Virus record (IMG/VR): IMGVR_UViG_3300028920_000065
Span: 12,922-76,921 of that record
DNA from: a virus
Direction: 5' to 3' (one strand)
DNA: 64,000 nt
The translations under genes were made by a program, and so were the position numbers. Positions 28,275 through 37,621 of the stretch are shown here, piece after piece (the first letter of the stretch is position 1; each line of letters opens with the position of its first letter). The notes beneath the pieces were generated by a model, which saw nothing but the letters and a program-made list of their open reading frames with translations, did no database searches and was not told the DNA's origin.

Positions 28275-28595
28275 ATGAAGGATTTAGAATATTTTTTGGA
28301 TTTAGCTTATAAATTAAAAATAATTGATAAAAAACCAGATGGGTTTAATTTAAGGGAAGAAAAAGATAATCTAAATACTATTTCTATTAATGATTTACAT
28401 GATTTATTAGTAATAAGAGGAAAAGAAATAGGATACCAGCGGGCATTGAATGAATTTGAAAAAAAAGGATATTTAGAAAAAATAAAATTAGAGAAATTAA
28501 GAGGAACAATTTTTGCAGGATTATTAGAGGATGAATTAAAGGAAAAAAATTATTTTAAAAAAGGAAAAAAAGAAGATGAAACGGATTTATTTTAG
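28275..28595 (+). CDS. Hypothetical protein
   Basis: ORF with GAGGA RBS. Confidence 0.65.
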   Translation: MKDLEYFLDLAYKLKIIDKKPDGFNLREEKDNLNTISINDLHDLLVIRGKEIGYQRALNEFEKKGYLEKIKLEKLRGTIFAGLLEDELKEKNYFKKGKKEDETDLF

Positions 28596-28610
28596 GAAAA
28601 TTAGGAGGAA

Positions 28611-29642
28611 ATGATGTCATTAATGAATCTTAATGATTTACTCAATGGTGATGCAGCTAAAGCCGCATTTGAGGAAACACAAAAACAGGTTGGCAGACCT
28701 AGTTTTAATTATGCTACTGATGAAACAATTTATAAACCAAAACATAAAGATGGAAAAGAAAATGTTTGTGTGGTTTATTTATTGCCAAATCCACATATTT
28801 CAAAAATTCAAATTGGAGAAAAGGAATATGAAAAAAGATTTAATATTGTAACTGAATGGTTTCACCGTTTTCAGGAAGGAAATGTTGATATTAATGAAGT
28901 TGACCCAATGATATTATATCAGGTCGACGCACAATATAGAGAATGTCCAATTTGCTCAAAAGTGTATGAAATGTTTCCATATTCAAAAACTGAAACCGAA
29001 TCAAACAAAAAAATGAGAGGAGAAAGAAAAAGGAAACGATACACTTGGGTCAATGTTTATGTAGAAAAAGATTCTTTCTTTCCAGAAAATGAAGGCAAAG
29101 TTTTAAAGTTAAGATTAAATTTTGAGTTGTTGGATATTGTTGAAACTGCTATGGCAGGAAAAAAGCTTGGAGAAAGTGAAGAGTATGTTACTAAACCATA
29201 CAATCCGTTTGATTATTCCAATGGATTGAAAAATAAAAAATTGATTTTAACATGTAAACCAGCTTCTTTTAATGATAAATATACATCTTATTCAGGATCA
29301 TCTTTTTCGGCTGATGAATTTGAATTTCTTGATGGAGATATTGAAAGATTCAAAGAAGTTGTTACACAGTGTCATGATTTATGGAAAGAAATGATTGAAC
29401 CTAAGGTTACATTGCTAAAAACAAAAGAGCAGTTAGATGCAAGGGTAAAATCAATTTATGGTGAAGGATCCCTTCCAGAAACACAAAAGGAGGAAGTAAC
29501 AAACGATATTCCAATACTTGATGAATCAAAAGAAACAGAAAAGAAAGAAGATGAAGTCTCACTAGAAAAAGAAAAAAAAGATCAAGTTTCAAATGATATA
29601 AATTTTAATGAAGAAATCGATTGGGATGCTTTTACTAATTAA
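28611..29642 (+). CDS. gp32: Single-stranded DNA-binding protein gp32-like
   Basis: LLP...H.F...CPIC...KRKRYTWVNVYVEKD..PENEGKV...NPFD...SYSGSSF and an acidic tail. Confidence 0.9.
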   Translation: MMSLMNLNDLLNGDAAKAAFEETQKQVGRPSFNYATDETIYKPKHKDGKENVCVVYLLPNPHISKIQIGEKEYEKRFNIVTEWFHRFQEGNVDINEVDPMILYQVDAQYRECPICSKVYEMFPYSKTETESNKKMRGERKRKRYTWVNVYVEKDSFFPENEGKVLKLRLNFELLDIVETAMAGKKLGESEEYVTKPYNPFDYSNGLKNKKLILTCKPASFNDKYTSYSGSSFSADEFEFLDGDIERFKEVVTQCHDLWKEMIEPKVTLLKTKEQLDARVKSIYGEGSLPETQKEEVTNDIPILDESKETEKKEDEVSLEKEKKDQVSNDINFNEEIDWDAFTN

Positions 29643-29653
29643 GGAGAATTATA

Positions 29654-30412
29654 ATGACAGAAAAGAAAAATATTTTAGATCATTCTATCTTTTCAAAAAT
29701 ATCAAATATAACAAAATGCCTTTGGGTTAATAGGGATAGAATAGTTGCAACTGGAAAAGTACTTGATCCACCAAAAAACGTTATTTTGAGATATAAACCA
29801 GAAAATGGCATCTTTAATTTTGAGTTTGGAATTTCTGGATTATCTGATTTTATATCTGCAATATCAGCGTTTAAAAAAATTACTCTTGATTACCAGGAGC
29901 CAATTTTAAAAATTAAATCTGAAGATTCAAACTCTATGCTAACATATAGGACAACAAAAAAAGAAATTTTACAAGAAAAAGTTATTGAATCAACTAATCT
30001 TGGTGAAAAATTAATGGAACAATCTAAAAAATTGATCGATAATAATAAACATTGTTCATTTACTATAACTGACGATATGATGACTAGAATTATAAAAATG
30101 GGTCGTCATATTTCATCAGGAACATCTGCAAAAATAAATTTTAGAAAAGTTGCTTCTGATGACGTTGTTTTAATTACAATTCAGCATAAGGATTCTATAA
30201 TAGAATTTTCTTCCAGTATAGAAATTGAAAATCCTGGATCAATAATTGAATTTGATCATGAATTTAATGTGGATTGTTTGTTGCCTGGAGAATGGAAATT
30301 AAATGTTTTCAATTCAACTATTGAACATGCTGGTAATCAGATTCCAACAATTTGGACTTATATGTCTAACAATGAAGATATGGAAATGATTATAACACAT
30401 GATAACAAATAA
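29654..30412 (+). CDS. gp45: Sliding clamp gp45-like
   Basis: FSKISNI...EFGISGLSDFISAISAF pattern; size and position before the clamp loader. Confidence 0.7.
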   Translation: MTEKKNILDHSIFSKISNITKCLWVNRDRIVATGKVLDPPKNVILRYKPENGIFNFEFGISGLSDFISAISAFKKITLDYQEPILKIKSEDSNSMLTYRTTKKEILQEKVIESTNLGEKLMEQSKKLIDNNKHCSFTITDDMMTRIIKMGRHISSGTSAKINFRKVASDDVVLITIQHKDSIIEFSSSIEIENPGSIIEFDHEFNVDCLLPGEWKLNVFNSTIEHAGNQIPTIWTYMSNNEDMEMIITHDNK

Positions 30413-30424
30413 TTTTGGAGGACC

Positions 30425-30781
30425 TTGTGTCCTCCTATTGAATGTTTTGGAGGAAATATGATATATTTTAAAAGCCAATTTACGGAGAAACAATATAAAG
30501 GAAAGATAGAAATAGATATAGAAAGAAATTCAGATATAATATTTAGAACAGACCCTAAAAGAACAATTTATTTTGCTGAAAATGGTGAAAAATTTGAAAT
30601 TAAATACAATAAATGGCAAAGTACTCAACTATCTTTTTATTTAAATGAACTTGTTATTGGTGGTGATGGAAAAACTAAAATTGAAGTTGAAGTTGAAGGA
30701 GTTGATTCTAAAGAAAAAGCTGATAATTTTAGGCGAGCTATTATGAAGTTTAATAAAGAACATGAGGAGATTTTAATATGA
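30425..30781 (+). CDS. Hypothetical protein
   Basis: ORF; likely start MIYFK near 30458 (GGAGG RBS). Confidence 0.6.
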   Translation: MCPPIECFGGNMIYFKSQFTEKQYKGKIEIDIERNSDIIFRTDPKRTIYFAENGEKFEIKYNKWQSTQLSFYLNELVIGGDGKTKIEVEVEGVDSKEKADNFRRAIMKFNKEHEEILI

Positions 30782-31710
30782 ATATTAAAACATACCTCAT
30801 TGAAGAAAAATATAATCCCGATGATTTAGAAACTATTATTCTTCCAGAGAGATTAAAATCTTTATTGAATGGTATAAAAGAAAGTGGTAATATTACAAGT
30901 TATTTGTTTTCAGGACCAGGAGGAACTGGAAAAACAACTTCTGCTGTTGCCTTGTGTAAAGTACTTGGACTTGATTATGAAATATGGCCCTGTTCAATTA
31001 ACAATAAGGTTGATTATGTTAATGAGGTTATAGCACGTAAAGCTGAAAATGGTTCGTTATATGGTGATTATAAGGTTATTATTGGAGATGAAGCGGATAG
31101 ACTTTATCTTGATGCACAGCAAGCATTAAGAAATATTATGAGTGGGAATCTTAATCATTGTAGATGGATTCTCACTGCTAATTTTCCAGAAAAAATTATT
31201 GATCCTCTTAAGACGGGCAGAACTCCTTTGATTGATTTTTCTTATTCTGAAGAGGAGAAAAAAGAAGTTGTTCCTATTTTATTTAAAAGATTAGTTGAAA
31301 TTTGTGATTCAGAAGGAATAAAAATTGATAATAAAAATTCATTTGCAAAATTTGTTTTTGAAAATATTCCAAATATAAGATTTATATTAAAATCAATACA
31401 AATGATTGCTGTACAAAATGCAGGTAAAATTCCTGAAAATATTACAATTAAAAGGGAACAGCTAACATTAGAATATTTCAAGACAATTTTAAATTCTGAT
31501 TATAAAGAACTAACGAGATTTGTCAATAAGACTCCACAAACTGTAATTATGCGTTTTATTGATGATAATCTTGATGAATTAGTGAAGGATCCAGAAAAAC
31601 AATTATTAATTATGCAATATGCAGCTAATTTCCAAGGATTAGAAAAAGGAGTTGAAAGTATTTATACAAAAGCATTTTTATTAAATTTAAAAAAGATAAT
31701 TGGAGGTTAA
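30778..31710 (+). CDS. gp44: Clamp loader AAA+ subunit gp44-like
   Basis: EKYNP...IILP, GPGGTGKTT, IGDEADRL, QQALR, ILTAN...IIDPL. Confidence 0.9.
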   Translation: MNIKTYLIEEKYNPDDLETIILPERLKSLLNGIKESGNITSYLFSGPGGTGKTTSAVALCKVLGLDYEIWPCSINNKVDYVNEVIARKAENGSLYGDYKVIIGDEADRLYLDAQQALRNIMSGNLNHCRWILTANFPEKIIDPLKTGRTPLIDFSYSEEEKKEVVPILFKRLVEICDSEGIKIDNKNSFAKFVFENIPNIRFILKSIQMIAVQNAGKIPENITIKREQLTLEYFKTILNSDYKELTRFVNKTPQTVIMRFIDDNLDELVKDPEKQLLIMQYAANFQGLEKGVESIYTKAFLLNLKKIIGG

Positions 31711-32008
31711 TTTGAATCAAGCAATAGGGAAAAGAAAATGTCAAAGATGTGGTCATAATGTTTCTATAGATAAATGTTTTGAAAGAAAGATTGATAATAG
31801 TTTTAATGAGGTTCTTTGTGATAGATGTGTTGAGTCATTAAAAGAATATGGAATTTTATTTGAATTTGGAGGTGGTGGAATTTTTTCTTATCAAGTTGAA
31901 GGAATTATAAGAAAAATTCTTGAGCATGAGAAAACAATAGATATTAAAAAATCTCGTATTAAAGATTTGAAGTTTATTTTAAAAAGAATTGGAATAGATT
32001 ATGATTAA
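31700..32008 (+). CDS. Zinc-finger hypothetical protein
   Basis: CQRC...LCDRC. Confidence 0.6.
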   Translation: MEVNLNQAIGKRKCQRCGHNVSIDKCFERKIDNSFNEVLCDRCVESLKEYGILFEFGGGGIFSYQVEGIIRKILEHEKTIDIKKSRIKDLKFILKRIGIDYD

Positions 32009-32016
32009 TAAAATCA

Positions 32017-32090
32017 TTCTCAGGCTTTTGTATTTAACTTATGAGCAATTTTTTCATAAAATGAATAGTAGAGTATAGGTAATGTTTTTT
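32017..32090 (-). repeat. Dispersed intergenic repeat, divergent copy
   Basis: Colinear with 57780-57853; core AATAGTAGAGTATAGGTAAT versus AATAGCAGAGTATAGATAAT. Confidence 0.7.
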
Positions 32091-32112
32091 TAACGTTTAA
32101 GAGGAGAAAAAA

Positions 32113-32232
32113 ATGAAAGTAAATGAAAAAAAGATGAGAAACAGAGATGGAACAGGACCGGCCGGAAAAGGTCCAAAAACTGGTAGAGGTCAAGGTGGAT
32201 GTAAAAAGGGCGGAAAAAAGAAAGGAAATTAA
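32113..32232 (+). CDS. Small DUF5320-like Gly/Lys-rich peptide (39 aa)
   Basis: MKVNEKKMRNRDGTGPAGKGPKTGRGQGGCKKGGKKKGN with GAGGAG RBS. DGTGP.G.GP.TGRG.G.C is the DUF5320 motif. Confidence 0.75.
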   Translation: MKVNEKKMRNRDGTGPAGKGPKTGRGQGGCKKGGKKKGN

Positions 32233-32420
32233 TTTAAGATTTTGTTTATTTCATCAATTCTTTGAATTAATCGATTTCTTTCTTTTTTAAGTGATTCTTT
32301 ATCAATATTTTCTGATATAATTTCAACCTCATATTTACATTTTCCTAATAATCTCTTTGGAACATCAAATATTTTTATATAAGCATCATTGTTTTGAACT
32401 TCAATGATTGTTTTCCACAT
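32229..32420 (-). CDS. Hypothetical protein
   Basis: Short ORF downstream of a minus-strand TTGACA-N17-TATAAT promoter at about 32490-32518. Confidence 0.55.
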   Translation of the reverse strand: MWKTIIEVQNNDAYIKIFDVPKRLLGKCKYEVEIISENIDKESLKKERNRLIQRIDEINKILN

Positions 32421-32531
32421 AAAGTTTATTTTGAATTTTTTTAATGCTAATCATGATTGCCTCCAATAAAATAAATTTACACCCTATATATTATAGTATT
32501 TTTTGACAATTTTGTCAAGATAAATAATTTT

Positions 32532-33065
32532 ATGAAGAAAAAAAAATATCAACAAGGAAAAATAATTCTTCTTTCAGAAGAACTTAAGAAAAAATATAAA
32601 GGCAACGTCAATAATATTATTTTTAGATCAGGATGGGAACGGGATTTCTTTTTTGTTTTAATGAAAAATAAAAATATTTATTCTGTTTCTTCTGAAGAAA
32701 CAGTTATTCCATATATAAAACCAACAGATGGAAAGGTCCATAGATATTTTATGGATTTTGCTTTTGAATATATTTCAAGAAAAGGAAAAAAGAGAAAAGC
32801 ATTGGTTGAAGTTAAACCATTTAAGCAAACACAAAGACCAAAGAAAACAATAATAACAAAAAGACACAAAAAACCAAAAGAATATTATGAAAGGAAATAT
32901 TTAAGGGATATTTTGACATATGAGATAAATATTGCTAAGTGGAAAGCAGCACAGGAATATGCCATTAAAAACGGATACTCTTTTTATATTCTAACAGAAA
33001 ACCCAAAAGCAAATAAAAGATATAAAATGTGGAAATATGAGGAAATAATAAAATCAGAATATTAA
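32532..33065 (+). CDS. gp4: Head completion nuclease gp4-like
   Basis: FRSGWE...SSEETVIPY..PTDGKVHRYFMDF...VEVKP..QT..P...NIAKWKAA...F.ILTE. Confidence 0.92.
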   Translation: MKKKKYQQGKIILLSEELKKKYKGNVNNIIFRSGWERDFFFVLMKNKNIYSVSSEETVIPYIKPTDGKVHRYFMDFAFEYISRKGKKRKALVEVKPFKQTQRPKKTIITKRHKKPKEYYERKYLRDILTYEINIAKWKAAQEYAIKNGYSFYILTENPKANKRYKMWKYEEIIKSEY

Positions 33066-33113
33066 TTAAAATGTGTTTTAATAAATAATTTTGAATGATT
33101 ATATAGGTGAAAA

Positions 33114-33779
33114 ATGGTTGATAACATCAATGAAGCAAGTATTAAAAAAGGTGTTAGATGGTTTCTTGATAAAATAAAGAAGTCTGTTTCTAAAAGAAAA
33201 GAAGATAAACATCCCAAAGATATTGAAACTTCAAAAGAAGCAAAAGCAAATCTTCATAATTTTAATTTATACACTACTTTATATCCGATGCCAAAAACAA
33301 AAGATGAGCTTCCATTTTATGATGCAATGCCTTTATTTTTTCCACTTCAGGTTGTAAAAGGAAGTGATGGAGCACTTTTACATTCTTTAAATTTACATTA
33401 TTTACCTCCAAATCTTAGATTAAAATTTCTTAAAGAAATAGAAATTCTTGTTAGAAAAGATGCAGAAATGAAAGGATATGAACCAGATGAACTTTCAACT
33501 TATCCAAAAGGCAATTTAACTCGTTCAGTTGGTAGATATGTTGCAAAAGTTTATCAGTATGGTGGTGGTTCTGCTGGTGCTATGATTAGAGCAGCCTATA
33601 GGTCATATTTTTTTTCTAGAATGCGCGGGAAATTAAAATATATTCCTGTAACAGAATGGGAAAAAGCTGGACGACTTATATTACCAGTATGGAGAAAAGC
33701 TGGACCAGCTGAAGTATATAAAGAAGTTAGAAATACATATAACAAATATAAAAACAATTATAGGTCATCAATTTATTAA
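33114..33779 (+). CDS. gp2: DNA end protector gp2-like
   Basis: WF..KI...PKTKDELPFYDAMPL...LNLHYLPPNLR...YRSY...IP..EWEKA..LP. Confidence 0.9.
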   Translation: MVDNINEASIKKGVRWFLDKIKKSVSKRKEDKHPKDIETSKEAKANLHNFNLYTTLYPMPKTKDELPFYDAMPLFFPLQVVKGSDGALLHSLNLHYLPPNLRLKFLKEIEILVRKDAEMKGYEPDELSTYPKGNLTRSVGRYVAKVYQYGGGSAGAMIRAAYRSYFFSRMRGKLKYIPVTEWEKAGRLILPVWRKAGPAEVYKEVRNTYNKYKNNYRSSIY

Positions 33780-33781
33780 TA

Positions 33782-33795
33782 ATAAATAATTTTGA
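33782..33795 (+). promoter_or_regulatory. Late promoter (portal); same motif at 25242, 27551, 33081, 35556, 36277
   Basis: ATAAATAATTTTGA; consensus ATAAATAATWHTGA, related to T4 TATAAATA. Confidence 0.85.
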
Positions 33796-33814
33796 ATTAT
33801 AAGAGGAAAAAAAT

Positions 33815-35233
33815 ATGGCAGTGCTAATAAGTGAAGCATCGAAAATAATAAAAGCATTAGATAAAGATAATTTTAATCAAATAACTGTTGATAAAGAACA
33901 ATTATCAAACCAATTTTTTTCAGTGGCAAAATATGGAAAATCAAGTAATCCTGAAAAAATGGAGATGTTAAAAACTTTAATTAAAAAATGGAGACAATAT
34001 TCTAAATTTCCAAAAGTAGCAAGTTCTATTATGAATATAAAATCTGAAGCTGTTGTTGCTGGAGATCGTGATGTTGTCATGTTAGATAGTTCTGATTTAG
34101 ATTCATTTAATTTAAGAGAGTCAGAAATTAATAAATTAAAAGAAGTTTTACCAGAAAGATTTTCAAGAATATTAAAAAAAGTTAGATTTAATCAATTTGG
34201 TTCCAAATATTTTGAGAATTGGTATGTTGACGGTAGATTATATGTTTATATAGAAACAGATGAAGATGGTATTAAAGATTATCGTTTTCTTGATCCTTTA
34301 AAACTGACTCTTGTAAAAAAAGAAAAGAAATTAATTTATGAATATGATACTGAAAACAATGGAGAGGAAAAAAAATTAGAAATTCCATATAATAAAGTAT
34401 ATTTTATTTCTTCTGGTCTTGAAAATGAAAATGGAATTGTTATTTCTTATTTAAATAAGGCAATTCGTCCAATAAATCTTTTAATGATGATGGAAAATTC
34501 TTTAGTAATTCAAAGATTTGTAAGGGCACCAGAAAGATGGGTATTTAAGCTTGATGTTTCTGGAATGAATAAAAAACGTGCAAAACAATATATGGAAAAT
34601 ATGAGATCAAAATATAGGGCACGATTTACAATAGATGCAATTACAGGAGAATTATCTGGAAATAATATGACTCTTGCAATGCAAGAAAATTTATATATTC
34701 CAAAAACTAATTCTCAGAATGGTGGTCATGATATTGATACAATAGGTGGCACTCAAAATCTTGGGGATATAGATGATATTTTATTTTGGGATAGAAAAGT
34801 TGATGAAGCACTTCATACACCAAAAACAGAAGGTGGTGAGGAATCAATTGTTTCTTTCGGATCAAGAATAGAAGAAATTTCCAGGGCAGAATATAAATTT
34901 TTTAGATTTATTAAAATGTTGAGATCTTATTTTAATCAATTATTTAATATATTGTTAAAAGTTGATGTACTTGCTGCCGGAATTACAAAAGAATCAGTTT
35001 GGGAAGAAATTGAAGATGATTTAATTTTTGTTTATAAAAATGATTCAATTTATGAGGAAAATAAAGAAAGAAATAAATTAGAAAATAAATTTGAATTTTT
35101 ACAAAATTATGAGCAATTACTTCTTAAATATTATGGTGAAACATATATTAGAAAACGAATTTTAAAGCAAACAGATGAGGAAATAAAAGTTTCTGAAAAA
35201 GAAAAACCAAAAGAAACTGAGGAGGAATATTAA
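33815..35233 (+). CDS. gp20: Portal vertex protein gp20-like
   Basis: WYVDGR, LDPLK, SYLNKAIRPIN.L.MMENSLVI.R.VRAPER.VF, GGTQNLGDIDDI, ALHTP. Confidence 0.95.
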   Translation: MAVLISEASKIIKALDKDNFNQITVDKEQLSNQFFSVAKYGKSSNPEKMEMLKTLIKKWRQYSKFPKVASSIMNIKSEAVVAGDRDVVMLDSSDLDSFNLRESEINKLKEVLPERFSRILKKVRFNQFGSKYFENWYVDGRLYVYIETDEDGIKDYRFLDPLKLTLVKKEKKLIYEYDTENNGEEKKLEIPYNKVYFISSGLENENGIVISYLNKAIRPINLLMMMENSLVIQRFVRAPERWVFKLDVSGMNKKRAKQYMENMRSKYRARFTIDAITGELSGNNMTLAMQENLYIPKTNSQNGGHDIDTIGGTQNLGDIDDILFWDRKVDEALHTPKTEGGEESIVSFGSRIEEISRAEYKFFRFIKMLRSYFNQLFNILLKVDVLAAGITKESVWEEIEDDLIFVYKNDSIYEENKERNKLENKFEFLQNYEQLLLKYYGETYIRKRILKQTDEEIKVSEKEKPKETEEEY

Positions 35234-35556
35234 TGAAACTTGTATTTAAAAACAATAAATTTAATTTATATGAAGATAAAGAATATGAAGAAATAAAAGA
35301 AGGTATTGGTGATGCTGTTCTTGGTGCTCTACTTGGATTTTCCGCTGGAAAAATTAAAAATAAAGTAGATTTTTCTAAATATAACCTTTATATGGGCGAC
35401 AATGTAACAACTATAAAAGTTGATGCAATGAGACAAAAGAGAAAATATAAAGGAATATTAACATTTAGAGGAAATAAACCATATGTAACTATAACATCTG
35501 GACCTACAAATGTGGGGGAACTCGTTCCTTGGACACCCGAATGGATAAAAGATTAA
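35233..35556 (+). CDS. Putative prohead core/internal protein
   Basis: Lies between portal and protease (the T4 gp67/68 slot); N-terminus resembles that of the 61674 protein. Confidence 0.55.
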   Translation: MKLVFKNNKFNLYEDKEYEEIKEGIGDAVLGALLGFSAGKIKNKVDFSKYNLYMGDNVTTIKVDAMRQKRKYKGILTFRGNKPYVTITSGPTNVGELVPWTPEWIKD

Positions 35557-35596
35557 TAAATAATTCTGATAAGAATAATTATTTGGTGGTAAAATT

Positions 35597-36280
35597 ATGC
35601 AAAATATAATTGAATATGTAGAAGATTTTAGAAATTTTTCAGAAGTTATAACTGAAGAAATAAATGGAAATCAACAATTATTTTTAGAAGGAATATTTGC
35701 TCAATTTGAAGTTTTTAATGCAAATAATAGATGGTATCAACTCAGAGAAGGTGAAGCGGTTGTTAATGATTTTAATATGAATAGAATTCCAAGAAGGGAT
35801 AAAATATTTGGTGAACTTGATCATTCAACAGAATCATCTCCACAATTCCATAGAATGGCTCTTATTTTTGAAACTCCTTTGAGAATAGATAATAATAATT
35901 TAATTGCAAGGGCAAGGGTACTTGATAATACATTATATGGGCAAACTTTACGAGTTGTATTAGAAGAAAAATTAAAATTTGGTGCATCAACTAAAGGTGT
36001 AGGAAATCTTTCTAATACAAGAAAAGTTGGAAAAAGAGGTAAACTTGTTTCTAATTGGCAATTAAAAAATGTTGGAGATATTGTTGTGGATCAATCTGCT
36101 CCAAATGCTGTACCAATGGTAATAATGGAAATGATTATGTCTGGTGATAAGAGAATGGAAAAAATATTCGGAACAGAAATTGTTTATAATACACAAAACG
36201 ACATTTTAATAACTAAAAAATCTGATTTAGATGAGAAAACTTTAAAAATTTGGAATAAATTAATGAATATTAATATATAA
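35597..36280 (+). CDS. gp21: Prohead protease gp21-like
   Basis: LEGIFAQ...NANNRWY, GELDH, ARVLD.T.YG, GASTKGVG, DIVVDQSAPNA. Confidence 0.92.
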   Translation: MQNIIEYVEDFRNFSEVITEEINGNQQLFLEGIFAQFEVFNANNRWYQLREGEAVVNDFNMNRIPRRDKIFGELDHSTESSPQFHRMALIFETPLRIDNNNLIARARVLDNTLYGQTLRVVLEEKLKFGASTKGVGNLSNTRKVGKRGKLVSNWQLKNVGDIVVDQSAPNAVPMVIMEMIMSGDKRMEKIFGTEIVYNTQNDILITKKSDLDEKTLKIWNKLMNINI

Positions 36281-36309
36281 ATAATAATGAAAAGAATAGG
36301 AGATTTAAA

Positions 36310-37608
36310 ATGTTAATCCGAGAAATTCTCGAAAAACATGATTTAAAACCTGAGCAAATTAAAAAATTTGTTGATGTTCTTGAATCTGTTTCAAAAACAA
36401 AAGAAACAAAAGAATTGGAAGAATTCTTTGCAGATAATTTTTCTTTATTGGATGAAAAAGAATTTAATTCTTTTTATGAAACTGTTAAAGAAGAGTGTTT
36501 GAATGATTCTTTCTCCTTAGTTGAAAAGGAAGATATTCTTTCCGCTAAAATAATAATTCTTGAAGAAAAATTAGAAGAAATTAATAAGAAATTGGAGGAA
36601 GGTATGAAAAAGAAATATATGGAACAAGCATGTCCATATTGCGGAGAACAGAAAATGTATGCTGATGATGGTGATTATATCTGTGAAGCATGCAAAAAGA
36701 AATCAGTAATGAAAGAAGGTAAATTAATGAAAATTGAATCTAAAAAAGATGTTAAAGAATCAGTTGAATTTAAAAAAGGATTAGAGGATCATGAAAAAGG
36801 TGAATATGATAACAATTTAATCCTTGAATCTGAAGATTATAGAGAAGGCATCAAAGAAGCAAAAAGACTTAAAGAAGCGGCTGAAAAATCTCCAGTCACA
36901 GTTTCAGAATTTCGTGAAATGATTACAAATCTTTCTGAATCAATTAAATCTATTTCTGAAAAAATTGATTCTCTTGAAGAAAAAATTGAAAAAACTGAAG
37001 AAGCTGAAACAGAAGAAACAAATGAAAAAGAAGATATAAATCTTGATTCTATAAATGAAGCAATTGAAAAAATTTATGAAGGAAATCTTTATGAATCTTT
37101 AAAAGAGAAAGGATTTAAAGAAATTTTTGAAGAAATTAATGAAAAAGCAAAAGAAGAATTAGAAGAAAAAGAATATAAAGCTTTGATTCTTTCCCTTGTT
37201 GAAGAAGCAAGAGAAAATGGTGAAGAAATTGATATTTTAGAATTTGTTGATGAAGAGAAAGGAGAAGATTCTAAATCAGAAGAAGTTGATGAGGAGAAAG
37301 GAGAAGATTCTAAATCAGAAGAAGTTGATGAGGAGAAAGGAGAAGATTCTAAATCAGAAGAAGTTGATGAAGAGAAAATTGCAATTGAAGAAAAGTGTAA
37401 TGATATTATTGAAAATGCAATTTCTGAACTTGTTGAAACTGATAAAGCAAAAATTAAAGAACTTGCCGAAACAATTGAATTTGAGACTTTAGAAGAATTA
37501 GAAGAATCATTAAAAAATTTAATTGAAAATCTCGACAATAATAAAAAAGAGGAAAAGCCCACTCCTCTTAATAGATATGAAAAACTTTATGGTATAAGAA
37601 GAAAATAA
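36310..37608 (+). CDS. gp22: Prohead core scaffold gp22-like
   Basis: Very acidic coiled coil between protease and capsid; C-terminal L.ETDKAKIKELAE.IEF pattern. Confidence 0.8.
   Translation: MLIREILEKHDLKPEQIKKFVDVLESVSKTKETKELEEFFADNFSLLDEKEFNSFYETVKEECLNDSFSLVEKEDILSAKIIILEEKLEEINKKLEEGMKKKYMEQACPYCGEQKMYADDGDYICEACKKKSVMKEGKLMKIESKKDVKESVEFKKGLEDHEKGEYDNNLILESEDYREGIKEAKRLKEAAEKSPVTVSEFREMITNLSESIKSISEKIDSLEEKIEKTEEAETEETNEKEDINLDSINEAIEKIYEGNLYESLKEKGFKEIFEEINEKAKEELEEKEYKALILSLVEEARENGEEIDILEFVDEEKGEDSKSEEVDEEKGEDSKSEEVDEEKGEDSKSEEVDEEKIAIEEKCNDIIENAISELVETDKAKIKELAETIEFETLEELEESLKNLIENLDNNKKEEKPTPLNRYEKLYGIRRK
37246..37377 (+). repeat. 39-bp in-frame tandem repeat (about 3.4 copies)
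   Basis: GTTGATGARGAGAAAGGAGAAGATTCTAAATCAGAAGAA (VDEEKGEDSKSEE). Confidence 0.92.
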
Positions 37609-37621
37609 TTAGGAGAGAATT

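Noticed and set aside
31700-32008. gp62 clamp-loader small subunit after gp44
   Set aside because: The ORF is a Cys-rich zinc-finger protein without gp62-like features.
25606-37377. Tandem repeats as CRISPR arrays
   Set aside because: Both are in-frame coding repeats (42 and 39 bp) without unique spacers, and no cas genes are seen.
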